The position numbers were made by a program, and so were the translations under genes. From Callorhinchus milii (lineage: Eukaryota), in the NCBI RefSeq assembly GCF_018977255.1, contig NW_024704749.1, positions 10,106,001 through 10,170,000 on the forward strand: a stretch of 64,000 bases of DNA. The letters run 5' to 3'. The notes beneath the pieces were generated by a model. The model was not told where the DNA came from and ran no database searches. It saw only the letters and a program-made list of their open reading frames with translations. Shown piece by piece: positions 47,623 to 60,400 of this stretch (positions within the stretch are counted from its first letter, which is position 1; each line of letters begins with the position of its first letter).

Positions 47623-50600
47623 CTGTTAGCAAATCAGAGATAATGATGTGATAACTAGGGAGTCCTGGAGCGTTGTTCTAATGCACTTGCTTCGCAAGCG
47701 AGAGGACCCAAGTACGATTCCCGGCCGGCAATATTCCGTGAAGCGCTTTGAGATGTCTCAACAATGTGATTAACAACAACAAAATTACATTTGTAGAAGG
47801 CGCTATATCAAACGCAAGGATTATTATTATTGGTGGGTGGAACCTTGCGGAGAAAATGAAAGAATAGAGGGTGTTAAGAAGGTGTGAATCGTGGTCTGTG
47901 CTGAGTTTGCTACAGTTAGTGTCGATGGCCCAAAAAACAGGAAGGGGAAAGAAAGGGGTTGGCATTTCGGGAGTTGATTAAAATCAGGTGGCAATAAATA
48001 ATAATTGTTGGGATCTGGAAATGCGTTGCCTGAAAGGCTGGTGGAAGCCGATTCGATAACAACTTTTAAAAGAGAAGTAGATAATGATTTGGGGAAGACA
48101 AGTTTGCAGGGCTATGGGGAGGGCGGGGGAGTGTGATCGAGTTGGATAGCTCTTTTCAAAGAGCCAACACAGACACAACGATACTTAAATTTGACACAGC
48201 GCCTTTTCGCAGCGAGAAGATCTCAAAGTGCTTCATAGGACACACTGAGGTTGTGTTGCTGTGGTCAAATACTGTGCTGTTGTGAGCAATAGAGTTGTTC
48301 CAAGTCAATCAGTCCCTACCTGATATTCCCACCTCCACCACCAGCAGGTCCGGGCTAGAGACGCAGTTCGCTGCTAGTTTCTTAAACTCGTCGAATTTTT
48401 CTCCATAGGGATACTGCGTGTCGAACTTAACCAGGACATACTTGTGCTTTGGAACCACCTGTGGGAACAGAACAGTCACACTTCAGTGCCTCTCAATGAT
48501 TTCACAAGGTCTGGCTCACTCCTGGCCTCCACACACTGGGTGGTGTCCATCCGATACAGGAAACCAGTCAGCTATGAAGGAAGCAGGTCCTGCGGTAGTT
48601 AACAAGTGCATTTTTCTATCAAGTTATTGCCCCCTCTGTCCCACCCCTCTCCCTCTCTGCTCCTGAAGGTAGGCTTTCAGTGCTTTGGGATGTCCTTCCG
48701 ACGCGAAAGGTGCTGCATAAATGCAATTTGTTTTGTTGCTTTAGCACTTAGTATTTGGCAGGTTACTCCAATTCAGAGAGACACGACAGGGCCCTTCTGT
48801 TGCCTGTACTCCACAAGAGGAGAGGAGGAAGGATGGATGGATGGATGTTTTGGAAAGAATATGCGGTGGTGGAATTTCATTCAAAGTTTTTGAATAACAT
48901 GTTCAAACATGTCATTTAATTCCCAGTTATTACCAAAGCCCAGTCACTCGCTTCACAGCCGTTTGCAGGACATGCCTGTACTTGGGCCTGATTTTTATCC
49001 CGTTGATAAAAGGCACCAAAGCCTTTTAAAAACAGAAGGGCGAAGGGTACGACCTTTACATAAAAAAAAATCAAATTTACTTATAAAGTCTTTCCAAAAT
49101 GCTACACGTATAACTGCTGGAGAAGAGGGCGGCTATCAAGTGAAGTGTTAAATCTTTCATCTTTAAACTCGTGATCAAGTGGGTGTGTGTGTGTGAAAGA
49201 GAGAGAGAGAGAGAAAGCACTAGAATCTGACACAACATCTGAGGTCGGCCTCGTTGAGCAGGAACTAAAGTGGGGGAAAATGGGGGCGGAGAAGGGTGGG
49301 ACGGAGAAGGGGAATAAGGAAAGGAGGACCGCTGGGTGCCTGACACATGCGGAAACCCGTCGCCCGTTGCTTTAAGAGTACTCAAACCCAACGGAGATAC
49401 GAGGAGGAGCGACTGAGCGGTAGAGACCTGTCAGAAAGGGAAAGAAGCAAACACTTGTGAGCAGGGGATTGGCCTTCAGATCTCAAAGCCCTTCGGCTGT
49501 AATCTCTCCATTGGTGCTGAGCGCTCGGCCGGCAGTTCCAAAACCGAACCTTTGTTTCAAGAGAAATGGCTCAGAAATTCACACACATTGTACACACAGA
49601 GAGGAGAAATATACACTCACTCAACACCGATCAGAGAGACACAGACAAACACACCATTAGAAATACCTATACACAAAGAGATCAGAAATATACATGAGAC
49701 ACAGATCAGAAATACAGACACACACACACACAGACACAGACTGGGGCACAGACAGAGAGAGGGAGAGAGAGGGGGAAACGTGCAGTAGAGATCTTTGCTC
49801 AGATTTCCTGTTCAAATCCGTTTCCCCCGAACTTCCCCTTTCGGGGTGAATTTGGGAAAGATCCTAAACCTTATTCTTAACCACCATCTCCCCCCCCCAC
49901 CATCATCTCCCCCCCCCACCACCATCTCCCCCCCCACCACCACCACCATCTCCCCCCCCACCACCACCATCTCCCCCCCACCACCACCATCTCCCCCCCC
50001 CCCCACCTCCCTACCCCCCCCCTCCCACCTATGGATAAGGATTCCAAGGGATCCACATGAGGAAACTCCCACGTGAAAAAGTCCCCATTGTATCTAAACC
50101 CACAGTGTTACAGTGTGTGGTATCGGGACCTGATGTGACCATCAGCAGCAACAACACTCCGGGGTTTGCTACACGTTCATAGCCTTTATATATATATATA
50201 TACATATACACTCTCTGTACTATTATATACACATAATATAATATATAGTATAAATTATAACCATTTTAGGAAGTTGCTCTGATGGCAGATCCACACGTGC
50301 GACACGTGTGTGTGTGGGGGGGTGGGGTGTATGGGGGGGGTGGGGGTGTATGGGGGGGGTGGGGGTGTGTGTGGGGGGGGGGTGTGGGGTGTGTGGGGGG
50401 TGGGTGTATGGGGGTGTGGGGTGTATGGGGGGGGTGGGGGGTGTATGGGGGGGGGTGTGGGGGGTGGGGGGTGAGGTGTGTGTGGGGTGTATGGGGGGGG
50501 CTGTGGGGGGTGGGGGAGAGAGAGGGGGTATTTTCACCCCCACACCCCCCCCCCCACACCCCTATTTACCCGCTCACCTTAGAGAAAGTGGTGGTGTCCA

Positions 50601-50856
50601 GAGGGACGGAGCCCTGTGTGTGTTGGGCGGCGGTGGGGCCGGGGATCAGGAGACAGCAGAGCCCAGACACCAGCACACAGCTGCTCCAACTCCAGCAGCT
50701 CCTCCACCAGCAGCTCCTCCACCAGCAGCCACCAGCAGCAGCTCCTCCAGCAGCAGCAGCTCCAGCCCTCACCGGCCATCGCCTCCGCCATCCAACACCC
50801 CCCCGGGGCTCGGGCGGCACGTGACCGACTGTGGGGGAGGACTGAGCCAAACACAT
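47120..50856 (-). CDS. ERP29: Endoplasmic reticulum resident protein 29, 3 exons (start codon uncertain)
   Basis: join(-): 50856 (or 50791 with a frameshift)-50578, 48458-48320, 47622-47120. Motifs [15 protein letters not shown]|[32 protein letters not shown] and C-terminal KEEL. Confidence 0.93.
47658..47830 (+). mobile_element. tRNA SINE with large internal deletion
   Basis: GGGAGTCCTGGAGC head joined directly to the ATATTCCGTGAAGCGCTTTGAGA tail. Confidence 0.7.
48015..48178 (+). mobile_element. CR1 LINE 3' fragment
   Basis: Near reverse complement of about 44320-44490. Confidence 0.75.
48320..48458 (-). CDS. ERP29: ERP29 exon 2
   Basis: [46 protein letters not shown]. Confidence 0.96.
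49880..50030 (+). repeat. C-rich minisatellite (CCACCATCTCCCCCC)n
   Basis: Direct reading. Confidence 0.85.
50305..50530 (+). repeat. G-rich minisatellite (GGGGTGTATGGGG)n, G-quadruplex-prone
   Basis: Direct reading. Confidence 0.85.
50578..50856 (-). CDS. ERP29: ERP29 exon 1 (signal peptide; 5' boundary uncertain)
   Basis: ...[35 protein letters not shown]|gtgagc; the only in-frame ATG is at 50856. Confidence 0.7.
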
Positions 50857-50892
50857 CACTGCAATCCTTCAGCCATAACACATGGCCTTTAA

Positions 50893-51193
50893 CCCCCTCC
50901 TCCCTCCTCTCTCTCTCCCTCCTCCCCTCTCCCCTCTCTCTCCCCCTCCTCTCTCTCTCCCCCTCCTCTCCCTCTCCCCCTCCCCCCTCCTCTCTCCTCC
51001 CCTCCTCCCCTCCCCCTCCTCCCTCTCTCTCCCTCCTCTCTCCCTCCCCCCCCCTCCTCCTCCTCCCTCTCCCTCCACCCCTCCTCTCTCCCTCCACCCC
51101 TCCTCCCCTCTCCCCCTCCCCCTCTCCCCTCCTCCCCCTCCTCCCCCTCTCCCCCTCCTCTCTCCCCTCTTCTCTCTCCCCTCCTCCCCTCTC
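50893..51193 (+). repeat. Pure polypyrimidine (CT-rich) tract abutting the assembly gap
   Basis: About 300 nt of only C and T. Confidence 0.9.
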
Positions 51194-51448
51194 NNNNNNN
51201 NNNNNNNNNNNNNNNNNNNNNNNNNNNNNNNNNNNNNNNNNNNNNNNNNNNNNNNNNNNNNNNNNNNNNNNNNNNNNNNNNNNNNNNNNNNNNNNNNNNN
51301 NNNNNNNNNNNNNNNNNNNNNNNNNNNNNNNNNNNNNNNNNNNNNNNNNNNNNNNNNNNNNNNNNNNNNNNNNNNNNNNNNNNNNNNNNNNNNNNNNNNN
51401 NNNNNNNNNNNNNNNNNNNNNNNNNNNNNNNNNNNNNNNNNNNNNNNN
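51194..51448. other. Assembly gap (N run)
   Basis: 255 Ns. Confidence 0.99.
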
Positions 51449-51659
51449 CTCTCCCCCCCAGAATAAGCCCAAACCACCAATGTCAAAGCTGCTGATAGAT
51501 ACATCAACAAATCCATACACCATCGACAGTTTTCTGTTGGTGACAGACCCCCCCCCACCCCCTAAAACAAACTGGTAAAAGGTGTATTCAGAAAGGGTGT
51601 CACCCCCACCCCCACACCCGCTTGAAGGGCGCGATATAAATGCGAGCTGCTGCTGTTGT

Positions 51660-51945
51660 TTGCTCACCCCCCCCCGCGCGCCCCCGACCCGCTATCCGCG
51701 CCGGCTCCGGCCCCCCGTTTGTTCCCCCGTGCCCCCCGTTTCACTGTCGGCGGCCGCGCTTTCAACCGCTAAAAGCCCCGAAATGCTGGAACGCTCTCCC
51801 TCAACTCCCCTCCGCCTTGCCCCGTCCTTCCCCATCTTCGGGGTCACGCCTGAAGACCTTCCTCATTGACTGTGCTTACTCATTGACTCCCCCCCTTCTG
51901 TCAAGCGCTCTGGGATGCCACCCTGAGTGACGGCCACTATATATA
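51660..51945 (+). mobile_element. L2 LINE 3' fragment, GC-shifted
   Basis: GTCGGCGGCCGCGCTTTC...APKCWNALP...RLKTFL plus tail AAGCGCTCTGGGATG. Confidence 0.7.
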
Positions 51946-52717
51946 GATATATATACACAATTCCCCCCTAATAAGCTCTCTCTTCCTTTCTGTAGCTTCC
52001 CTTGTACAGCTACCCAGACTACCTCAAGTACTAAGCCTTATTTCACATTAAATATGTTGCTCTGATCCCTTTTTTTGCTGCCATTTAATTTTTAACAGTA
52101 AATTGGTCCGCAAGCAGCGTCACCTGGTGTCGATGCTATGCCTGGACAATGCTTACAATGGATGCAGGTAATTCCAAAAGCCTTCAGCAATTCTGGCAAT
52201 CCGATATACCTGGAGGAAAAATCAGAAGCATTCAGGAATTCGGGCAATTTGAAACAATACCCAGGAATTCCAGCAGTCTGAAATAAAACCCTTCGCAGGA
52301 TGTAGTGACTGTGTATTTTATGGGCAAACACAGCAGGCAATCAGCAAAGTTCCCCAAAACAGCCCTGTAAATAAAACCTCTGATTTTATTTGGTGGGTTG
52401 TTGGCCAGGACATTGGGAGAGAAAAACTCCCTTCTGTTTTTGAATTGCGTCGTGTGACGTCTGAACAGGATCTCGGTTTGACACCTCGTCTGAAAGATTT
52501 CAAATGAAAGAGTCTGTGTTAAAACAGTTTGACTGTACAGAAAAAAAAACTTTGGAATCAGTCAGTGAAATACTGCAAGACTGAGTTAGAGAAAGCATAT
52601 CAGCCCATTGGGTCTGCGCCATCCTTTGTGTGTCTAATTTACCTCCTCGACATTATCGGTCGCGTCAAAGAGGTAACTCCACATTGGTAGCACCAGAATA
52701 ATGCACGACATCGGTAG

Positions 52718-52723
52718 TTTATT
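52718..52723 (-). terminator. Candidate distal MAPKAPK5 polyadenylation signal (proximal candidate at 54309-54314)
   Basis: AATAAA on - strand. Confidence 0.4.
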
Positions 52724-54389
52724 ACAGCCCTTTAACACTAGTTCAAAATGTAAGCAACACTGGCTTCACAACGGTTAATAGTAAATTGTCAGGCAGGTAT
52801 TAATTTCTGCCACCAAGCGGCACTGTGAGATGCAACGACTGCTGTCATCTTAAAAATCCTAATGTTCTCCATTCAGCAAAATGGGCTACACAGGGCGTTG
52901 TAGCCCTTTAAAGCAGCTGCAATGTAAATTACATGGGACAGGGCAGCTAAATAGGACTGAAAGGACTGCTCTTTAGAAGATCCGGCGACAGACATGTTCA
53001 AGGCAAAATGGCCTTCTTCTGTGCTGTAAATTTCTATGGTTCTTGACCTCCAATACAGAAGTGAAACTAACCACTAGAAGGTGCCCAAGTGCAGTCCTAC
53101 GTGACAAAGGTCCGATGGTAGGGTGGTCCCAGCCGACAATACCATCAAATCTACCTGTTTTGTGCTGCAGTTAGTTACCATTCTACTTATACGACTCTCT
53201 GGGTCCCCTGTTCAGATATACGTCAGTGAATGATCACAGGGTAAATCATTTCCTACCATTCTGTTGGTGCTTTAACAATGGAGTCCACTGCTGGATCCTG
53301 ATCCTTTGGAGGCTTCTCAGTCCATCTACATGAAGAACAGCAGGCCTGACTGTACGCTCCGAGACCACCTCAGACTCCTCGTATCAGGGGAGCAGGAGAT
53401 GAAATTGCTTTTGTGAGGTTCCCACCCACCCACTTGACCGGCTGAATAAAACGGATAGGACCACACTTACTGACCTGCTTGATGCAGAGGATCTGCTTTG
53501 CTGAGGTTGGGTTTAAGACACACGGTTAAGCAAATCATCCATATCTTTGCTCCATGTTTACACGCTTGACACCACAAACGATGGCTCCGAACCCCAGCAC
53601 TGGCTTCCAGTGATCTTCAGTAAATGTTGTGTGTAGCCTCGCTCAGTGGGTAAATAAAGCTTCTCTGCCCAGTGTCATGCTCAACTATAGCACAGACTGG
53701 TTGGCGAGTTCAATTGTGTTGGGTTACCTTGGGTGGCAATGGGGGAATTGAGTGGCCAAGGTAATGTGCCTGGCAATGGAACACTGGCATCGATTTGATT
53801 AACTCGCTCATCGGTTTCTTGAACCGGGCAGGTCAACGGCAACAACACCTTTCGTTTATACAGCGCCCCTCACTCAGGGTAGCGCCACAGAGCGCTTAAC
53901 AGTGGCAGAGCGCGGTGCCGAACTGGAGGGAGGTGACAAGTCAGCATGGTCGAAGAGGAAGGTCTTCAGGTGCGACTGGAAGTTGTGGGAAGGAGGGGGC
54001 AAAGCCATCACTGTGCTTAATACCCAAACCAAACCAGAGCTGCACGTATGCCACCTGCGGGTGGAAACCCCAGAGAAAGGTTGTTGGAATGGAATGCACA
54101 CTCTCTCCCTGGAGCAACGCATCCTGCTTACCTAAACCTGGAAAGTCACCTGTGGGACCACACCTCTAGCAACTCAGCAATATGAAGAGCAGAGACAACC
54201 GTCAGGCGAGTGGGCGGGAAGAGGAGCTCTCTGTGCCACGTACGTCTCTCGTGTTGTGCACATGTTGTTGGCAGCACTGCACTGCGGGGTGGAGTTTTTT
54301 TTCCATATTTTATTTACATAAAAACTTTTTTTTTACATTTATCAAAGAATACTCCTGGTACAGTGTAAAAATGGCAGGGCCGGTCATCG

Positions 54390-54481
54390 CTAGGTATCCG
54401 GTGAGTTTGTTTGCTCCTCAATCACCTGTTTGACTATTTCTGCTAGTTTGAGCCGATCCACTTTATCACCAAACTGTCTCC
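54390..54481 (-). CDS. MAPKAPK5: MAPKAPK5 terminal exon
   Basis: RQFGDKVDRLKLAEIVKQVIEEQTNSPDT*. Confidence 0.95.
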
Positions 54482-57400
54482 CTGGAAAGACAAGAGAAAC
54501 CTTTTTACAGGTTATAACTATAGAGTGAATTGACTTGTGTATTTTGTGGGCGAAACACGGCAGCCAGTTACGCACTGCGGTGTCCCGCAAACACTTGTGG
54601 ATTGAGTGACCCGAAGGCTGCAATAACCGATGGTGGGACGGAAGGAAGGGACGAGGGACAAGCAGGAGGCCGGAGCCGGTCGAGCGGAGAAGTAGTAACA
54701 TTTGGAAAACCTCCAGCACCTGCTCGCTCACCGTTCCAGCCGAGACTCTGGAGAGCGTCCCTTAGACATTTACACTCCTTGTTGTAGTGCCACGCCTCCT
54801 GCATCACCTCGTTCAGCTTGTCATCTTCATTCTCGCCTGCAGAGGCAAATTCAATAAACATCCCACATCAATAGTTAATAATCCTTGCATTTGATATAGC
54901 GCCTTATCACCTCCATCTGTCTCTCACACACACACACACAACTATCTCACACACACACACACCTCACACAAACACCCCTACACCTAGCTACCATGTCCTC
55001 TTTTTCTCTCTCTCTCTCTCACGCACACACACACAAAATATAGGGAATTATTTTGCTCTGAGGGAACAAGTATTAAAGAAAAAGCCTTTCCTCCCCCACC
55101 ACTCAATCCGTACCAGCCTGCGGTAGAATACACTGTGCGATGACATCTCGCAGTTTCTCCAGGGCGACGTTGGAATCTTCTATATCGTTCTCGGGGTCGT
55201 GGATATACACACCATCCTTCGGCCTCGTGCTGGAACAAAACGATGCCCTGTTACTGGCCGGCTTCTCCTGCACACCCCCAGTGATTAGCCAAATCAGGAG
55301 ATATTTAATGGGCTAAGGACGTTAAGCAGGCTTATAAACAAAAACACACAAGAGGAAGAAAAAGGGGTAGAAAGAATTAATAAAAAAATGAAAAAGCAAT
55401 CAATAAGGACATGAGAAGAGGGATGGGAAAACTGACATTACCCATCTCGCCCCCACTACAAGAGTGCCATCTATCAGGCGATCGTACTCTGGCACTGCCC
55501 ACGGAGATGTCCATCCTCAGCGCTGCCTCACCTTCTGGCGGAAGGAGGCTATCTGGAGGCAAACAGCCATATGAGAAAAAACAGTGGGGAACATTGAGGG
55601 AAAGTTACTTTGTAAAAGATATCGTCTTCTTAAAGGGGAAGAACAGTCCTCACCTAAAACTCGCTGTGCCATCCCAGCTGTTATAAAGGGAGAATTCTCT
55701 TGATAGATTAGATGAGATTAGAAATGCACATCAACAAACAAAATCATCAACTCCACAAGTGCAAATGGCAGAGCTTGAATCCGTGGCATTTCTACAGTCA
55801 ATTGTGGAATTATTCAGTACTTTGCATGTGTATTAAAGGGGGGGGGGGGGGGGGGAATGCAGAGTCAAAATGTTTAGCTTTAGGTGCCTGGGCGGTTGGG
55901 GGTGAGGAGGAGTAAGAGGGATTAGGAGCAAATGTGAACAGAATCAAACCAGGTTGAACAACCCAACAGAAATAAGAAGCAAATTGTGTAGCCGAGACAA
56001 GCGAACAGTTACGGCATTCGGTTCAAACTCTCAAAGTGTTTATGTACCAACACAATCAAATCCAGACAAAAGCACAGTGCTCATCCCATAGGACCTGTTC
56101 ACTCCTCTCCCCAGTGATCCAAGCACACCAAGTAGACCCAGATGATTCTGGTTGGAAAGCTCCATGCGTTACAAATGAGTTAGTCGACTGCCAAATATCT
56201 GGTTTAACACATTTTGCTACTTAACTATTTTGTGTGGAGTGTACATTGTTAAGTGGCTTCTATTTAAGACTGAGCTGTTGAATGAAGGGCTACATTGAAT
56301 GTGCCGCAAAGCTTTGCAAGTGTTTTTTTTTAAATCTGAGGATCCAAACGGGAGCAATTCTTAGCAAACTAATTCTGCCTTCCTGGCATTAAAGTGGAAG
56401 ATTTCAGAAACGCTGTAATGTGGGGGAAAGAACGATGGTCTTTGTTTAAAAAGGGAAGCGATTAAAGTAAATGGCGAGATGCAGTGAAATGGAGATTTTT
56501 TTAAAAAAAATTGCAGCCAGTTTGCTCTCTTCACCTGAGATGATTTATCATATGGAAGAACTTCCCCATAGGGTGAAATTACTGAACGCAACGAACTCTC
56601 TCTCTCTCTCTCTGTGAATTCTCAGCTCTGTTGCTCCGAGTCACTGTACATCACATCAGATAAAACCCCAGTCTCTCAGGGAACTGTAGCACCTGCATGA
56701 ATTATTAGCTCAGATTTCAGACATAGATTGTGTTGCTAGCATAGATAAACAGTAGTAGGATTGCCGCACTTCAAGGTGAATGTCTCTCATGTCATTGCCT
56801 GATTCAAATTCTCTCTATATATAATCTCTTACTGATCGCCAATTCCTTTCTCTGTATAGGAGTTCATTGAATGGAACCTGGCTACAGTGTAGGTGGAGCA
56901 GTGGAAAGAGAGAGTGCTGAATTTCCTCAAAAAATTTCCTGGTCTTATCTGAGCTTCTGGGGGAAGGATGGGTGGAAAGAGAGACAGAGGAAAATTGAGG
57001 AGACGATGCTTAAAGGCCAGAGTGAATCCAGATCTAACGTTTCTCTGTGATCTACACAGACAGGCTCTCAGCCTCAATGAGACTGTTCGTGGTGTCTGGA
57101 GGTGAGTAACAGGAAAAGGAAGAAAGAACATCATAAAAGACTTGAAACTTGGGTCTCAATTGGTTTTTCAACACAAGGAAGGCAAAAGGATGAAATTCTG
57201 AACACTCCAGCATTCATTTCTTCCCAGAAAGAAAGTTTGTTCAATCTTCTGAGTCTCAAGCGCAGGGCTTTGTGGAGACTTGCTGGGATGATAGTGAAAA
57301 AACGTTACAATAATCTTCCTTCATTGCCCAATTCTTCGAACCAAATAACTATAATACGCTGAAGCATTCATTATCCTATACAGACATTTCCATAGGAAGA

Positions 57401-60400
57401 AAATAGAATATTTCCTTGTGCAATTGTGTGCTTGGTTTTATTGTCCTACCCCTCTCGAAAAAAAAACATTTCCAATAAAGATCAGTACAGAAGCCTGGGA
57501 TGAACACTTCCAATTCAGTCACACACACTTACCCAAGCAGCTTCCTCTTGCGTAGAATTGGGTTATTAACAGAGTTTAGAGGTTTAAGGCTGACTTTCAG
57601 ATCCTGAATTCTCATGCTGGCCAGCTGTTCTGCATGGGCTTGTTGGATCCCAGCAACTACTGCCTGCAACACACAGATCTACAGTCAGAACAAGCTGAGC
57701 CACCACCAACAGGCAGGCCTGCCCTTCAAAACACAGCGCCACTCGACAAGACAATAGAAAACCGCACAAATGGATTCTGGGACTCTCCACGTGAAGGTTG
57801 GATGATGTTCAACGAGGTGATAGACCTGTGACAAAGCTGTGTTCAATCTGGTGTTCTGAGGTTACATATTTATGGAAGAGTCTTCTACAACCCAATGCTC
57901 CCCCCACCACACCAATACCAGCGAAGACCAACAGAAACCCAGTAGCCCAAATCCCGTTTGTTCGTCTCTTGCTGGGAGACCACACGTGTTGCTCCCAACA
58001 CACATCAACAGGGCAAGCTTGGAGATGTGGGTACATATTATTCAATACCCAAGTGCCTTCCGATGACCTCTGGCGAAGGCTCCGATCCAATTACAAAGCA
58101 GTTGGTTTTGTGGAGTTTAATCAAGTGCTACTTTGGGAATTGAGAATGCGCTGAAACCCGAACCATTTAAGTGTCAGCCGATGTTTCGGGGTATTTCAAC
58201 TCCACCAGGATGACTGATTCTTCACCGACAACAATGGTCACTCACCTTGTCCATCATCATCTGGGAAGATGGTAAAATATTATCTAAAGCCTCTGTGGAG
58301 TTCAACCAGGGATGAGCCAGCACCCCTTCGATACTTAGTCGCTCCTCGGGCTTGACTTTTAGCAACCTGCGGAAGAGATCAAATTACTTCAAAAACAGGA
58401 GGGCGGTTAAAAAAAATTGTGAAGTCTAGACGCCTAAATGGGGTAAAATAATCCAAACCTAAGTGAGCAGCTCCAACATTAAAACGGCAACTGAGCACGA
58501 ATACATTTTGTCTTGTTGGCCAGTTGTCATAAATTCTAGGAATCTTTTTCCCTCCCTCTATCCTGCAGGACTATCTCCTAACTGATCCAGTCCAGTAAGT
58601 AACTCGACTCACTTTCTCACAATGTCCTTCGCCATCTCGGAAATCTGACTCCACTCCTCCTCAGGGAATTCAAAACTTCCTGTCATGATCTTTTTCCGCA
58701 TGTCCTTTGGGATTGTCCGACTGTGATGGTTGGAATAAAACGGTGGGTATCCACACAGCATCACGTAAATGATTACGCCCAGCGACCACAGGTCACAACT
58801 CTGGGATAAAGGAACAAAACAAAAAATAAAACAAAACAAAATAAAAATTTTAAATCAAAACGAGGTCGGTGACAGTATTACGGTAATATAAAGTGGAGCA
58901 ACAGAGCTGGGGTTACATATGGGTATCATGGCATTTGGACAAATGCAACAAAATGTTCAAAAACCATCGACAGAAAAAAAGTTTTACCTGAAATTTAAAA
59001 ACTTTTAACTCACTAAATTGTATTTCGTCACATTACATTCGTTGCACCAGTGAGTGCTGAGAATATAATTGGAGAAAATTGGCTGGGAGGAATTAGAGAG
59101 GACGAGAAGAGGTGACTTTACAGCATAGAGAGGAGGTGACCCGGGAGAACTGTGTTAATGTAACTGTACAGCTGTCTGTGTTCAGCTCCCACACGCTGCT
59201 CGGTACTGGAAACAAAACAAAAAGGAAACTGAAAAGAAATGAGGGCGAATTCCAATAATGGAACATCCCGCACTCCCCATTATATTGGACGAAATGACAT
59301 TGCGAGGAGGGGTGACCAATGGCCTACATCAGTCAAGATTTCACCCTCCTCGTCTCCTTGCAGCAGTCCAGAGGGCAAGAGAGATTGAGCTAAAGTCTCC
59401 TGAGCTGTGGACCATCAACCCCACATTGGGATTGTCTGGAAGGGAACTCACGCGAGGAACATAATGTGCACAATTGGAAGAGACAAATGAGCCCAGTGGT
59501 CAGTCTCATTCTCATCTCTTCCCATCTCCCACCTTTCCTTTCCCATCCATCACTTGAAAAACATCCATCCAAATGGCTTTTGAGATGTCCCACGCTCCCT
59601 TACCTCTCCTGCTTCCTGGATCAAACAGAACCATTAATAGCTAAATCTGAATCATGTTACTGGTGCTTATTTAACCAGACCAGTTCAGGAAGCGGTTTGG
59701 ATTTAGTGCAATAACTGTGTCAAGCGTGCAACAGTTACCTTGTTGTATGTGTAGGGAGTGGGTGAGGTAGGTATTATTCCAGATTTCTCTTTCTGATGCC
59801 TCCTCTGGGCCTCAAGTACCTGTAGAAAATAACAACATTAATGGAGAGAGGGTGAGAGAACATGGAGTCCTGTAGCTCAGTGGTTAGGACACTCGCCTCG
59901 CAAGCGAGAGACCTGGGCTCGATTCCAGGGCGAAATGTTGGGCAAGTTTCCTTACTCCACATGCCTCGGGTTACCGAGCAGTAAGTAGGAATCTGGTTGT
60001 TAGTTGATTGGCGGATCGCTTTTCCGGAGGTAATAATACCTTCAAAAAAAAAAAAAAATTGGTCACTTCACTCCACAACAGCGAGGCACTGCTGTGCGCA
60101 ATTGGCTGCCAGGTTTTGCCCACAAAATACAGAGTCAATCCACTTCACAATATATTCTGCGAAGCGCTTTGAGACGTCTCAATGACTTGGTGAGGGGCCA
60201 CATCAAATGCAAGGATTACTATTATCATCATTAAAGTTCAAGCAAGGAAATATTTGGTGAAAAATGAAGCTGAATGGGCTGGAGGTTACTGTGGACTTCG
60301 ATTGCAGACTTGTGCCAAGCTTTGGGTTCTGGGTCTCATCCAGCCCAGCCTGATGGGATGAAAACACTTTAAGAGTCCTGAATGAAATGAGTTTGGGCAG

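Noticed and set aside
50282-51667. Long ORFs of 180-362 aa, including polyQ/polyS/polyG frames
   Set aside because: Products of low-complexity tracts, the antisense of the ERP29 repeat, and read-through of the N gap
55100-55114. Tandem donor giving the 2-aa longer mammalian MAPKAPK5 isoform
   Set aside because: The intron begins GTACGGAT, with no second GT 6 nt downstream
59862-59935. tRNA-Ala-like cloverleaf (also at 14935, 16750-16820 and 40582)
   Set aside because: Each continues directly into a SINE body and L2 tail and lacks a proper acceptor stem and terminator, so these are SINE heads rather than tRNA genes
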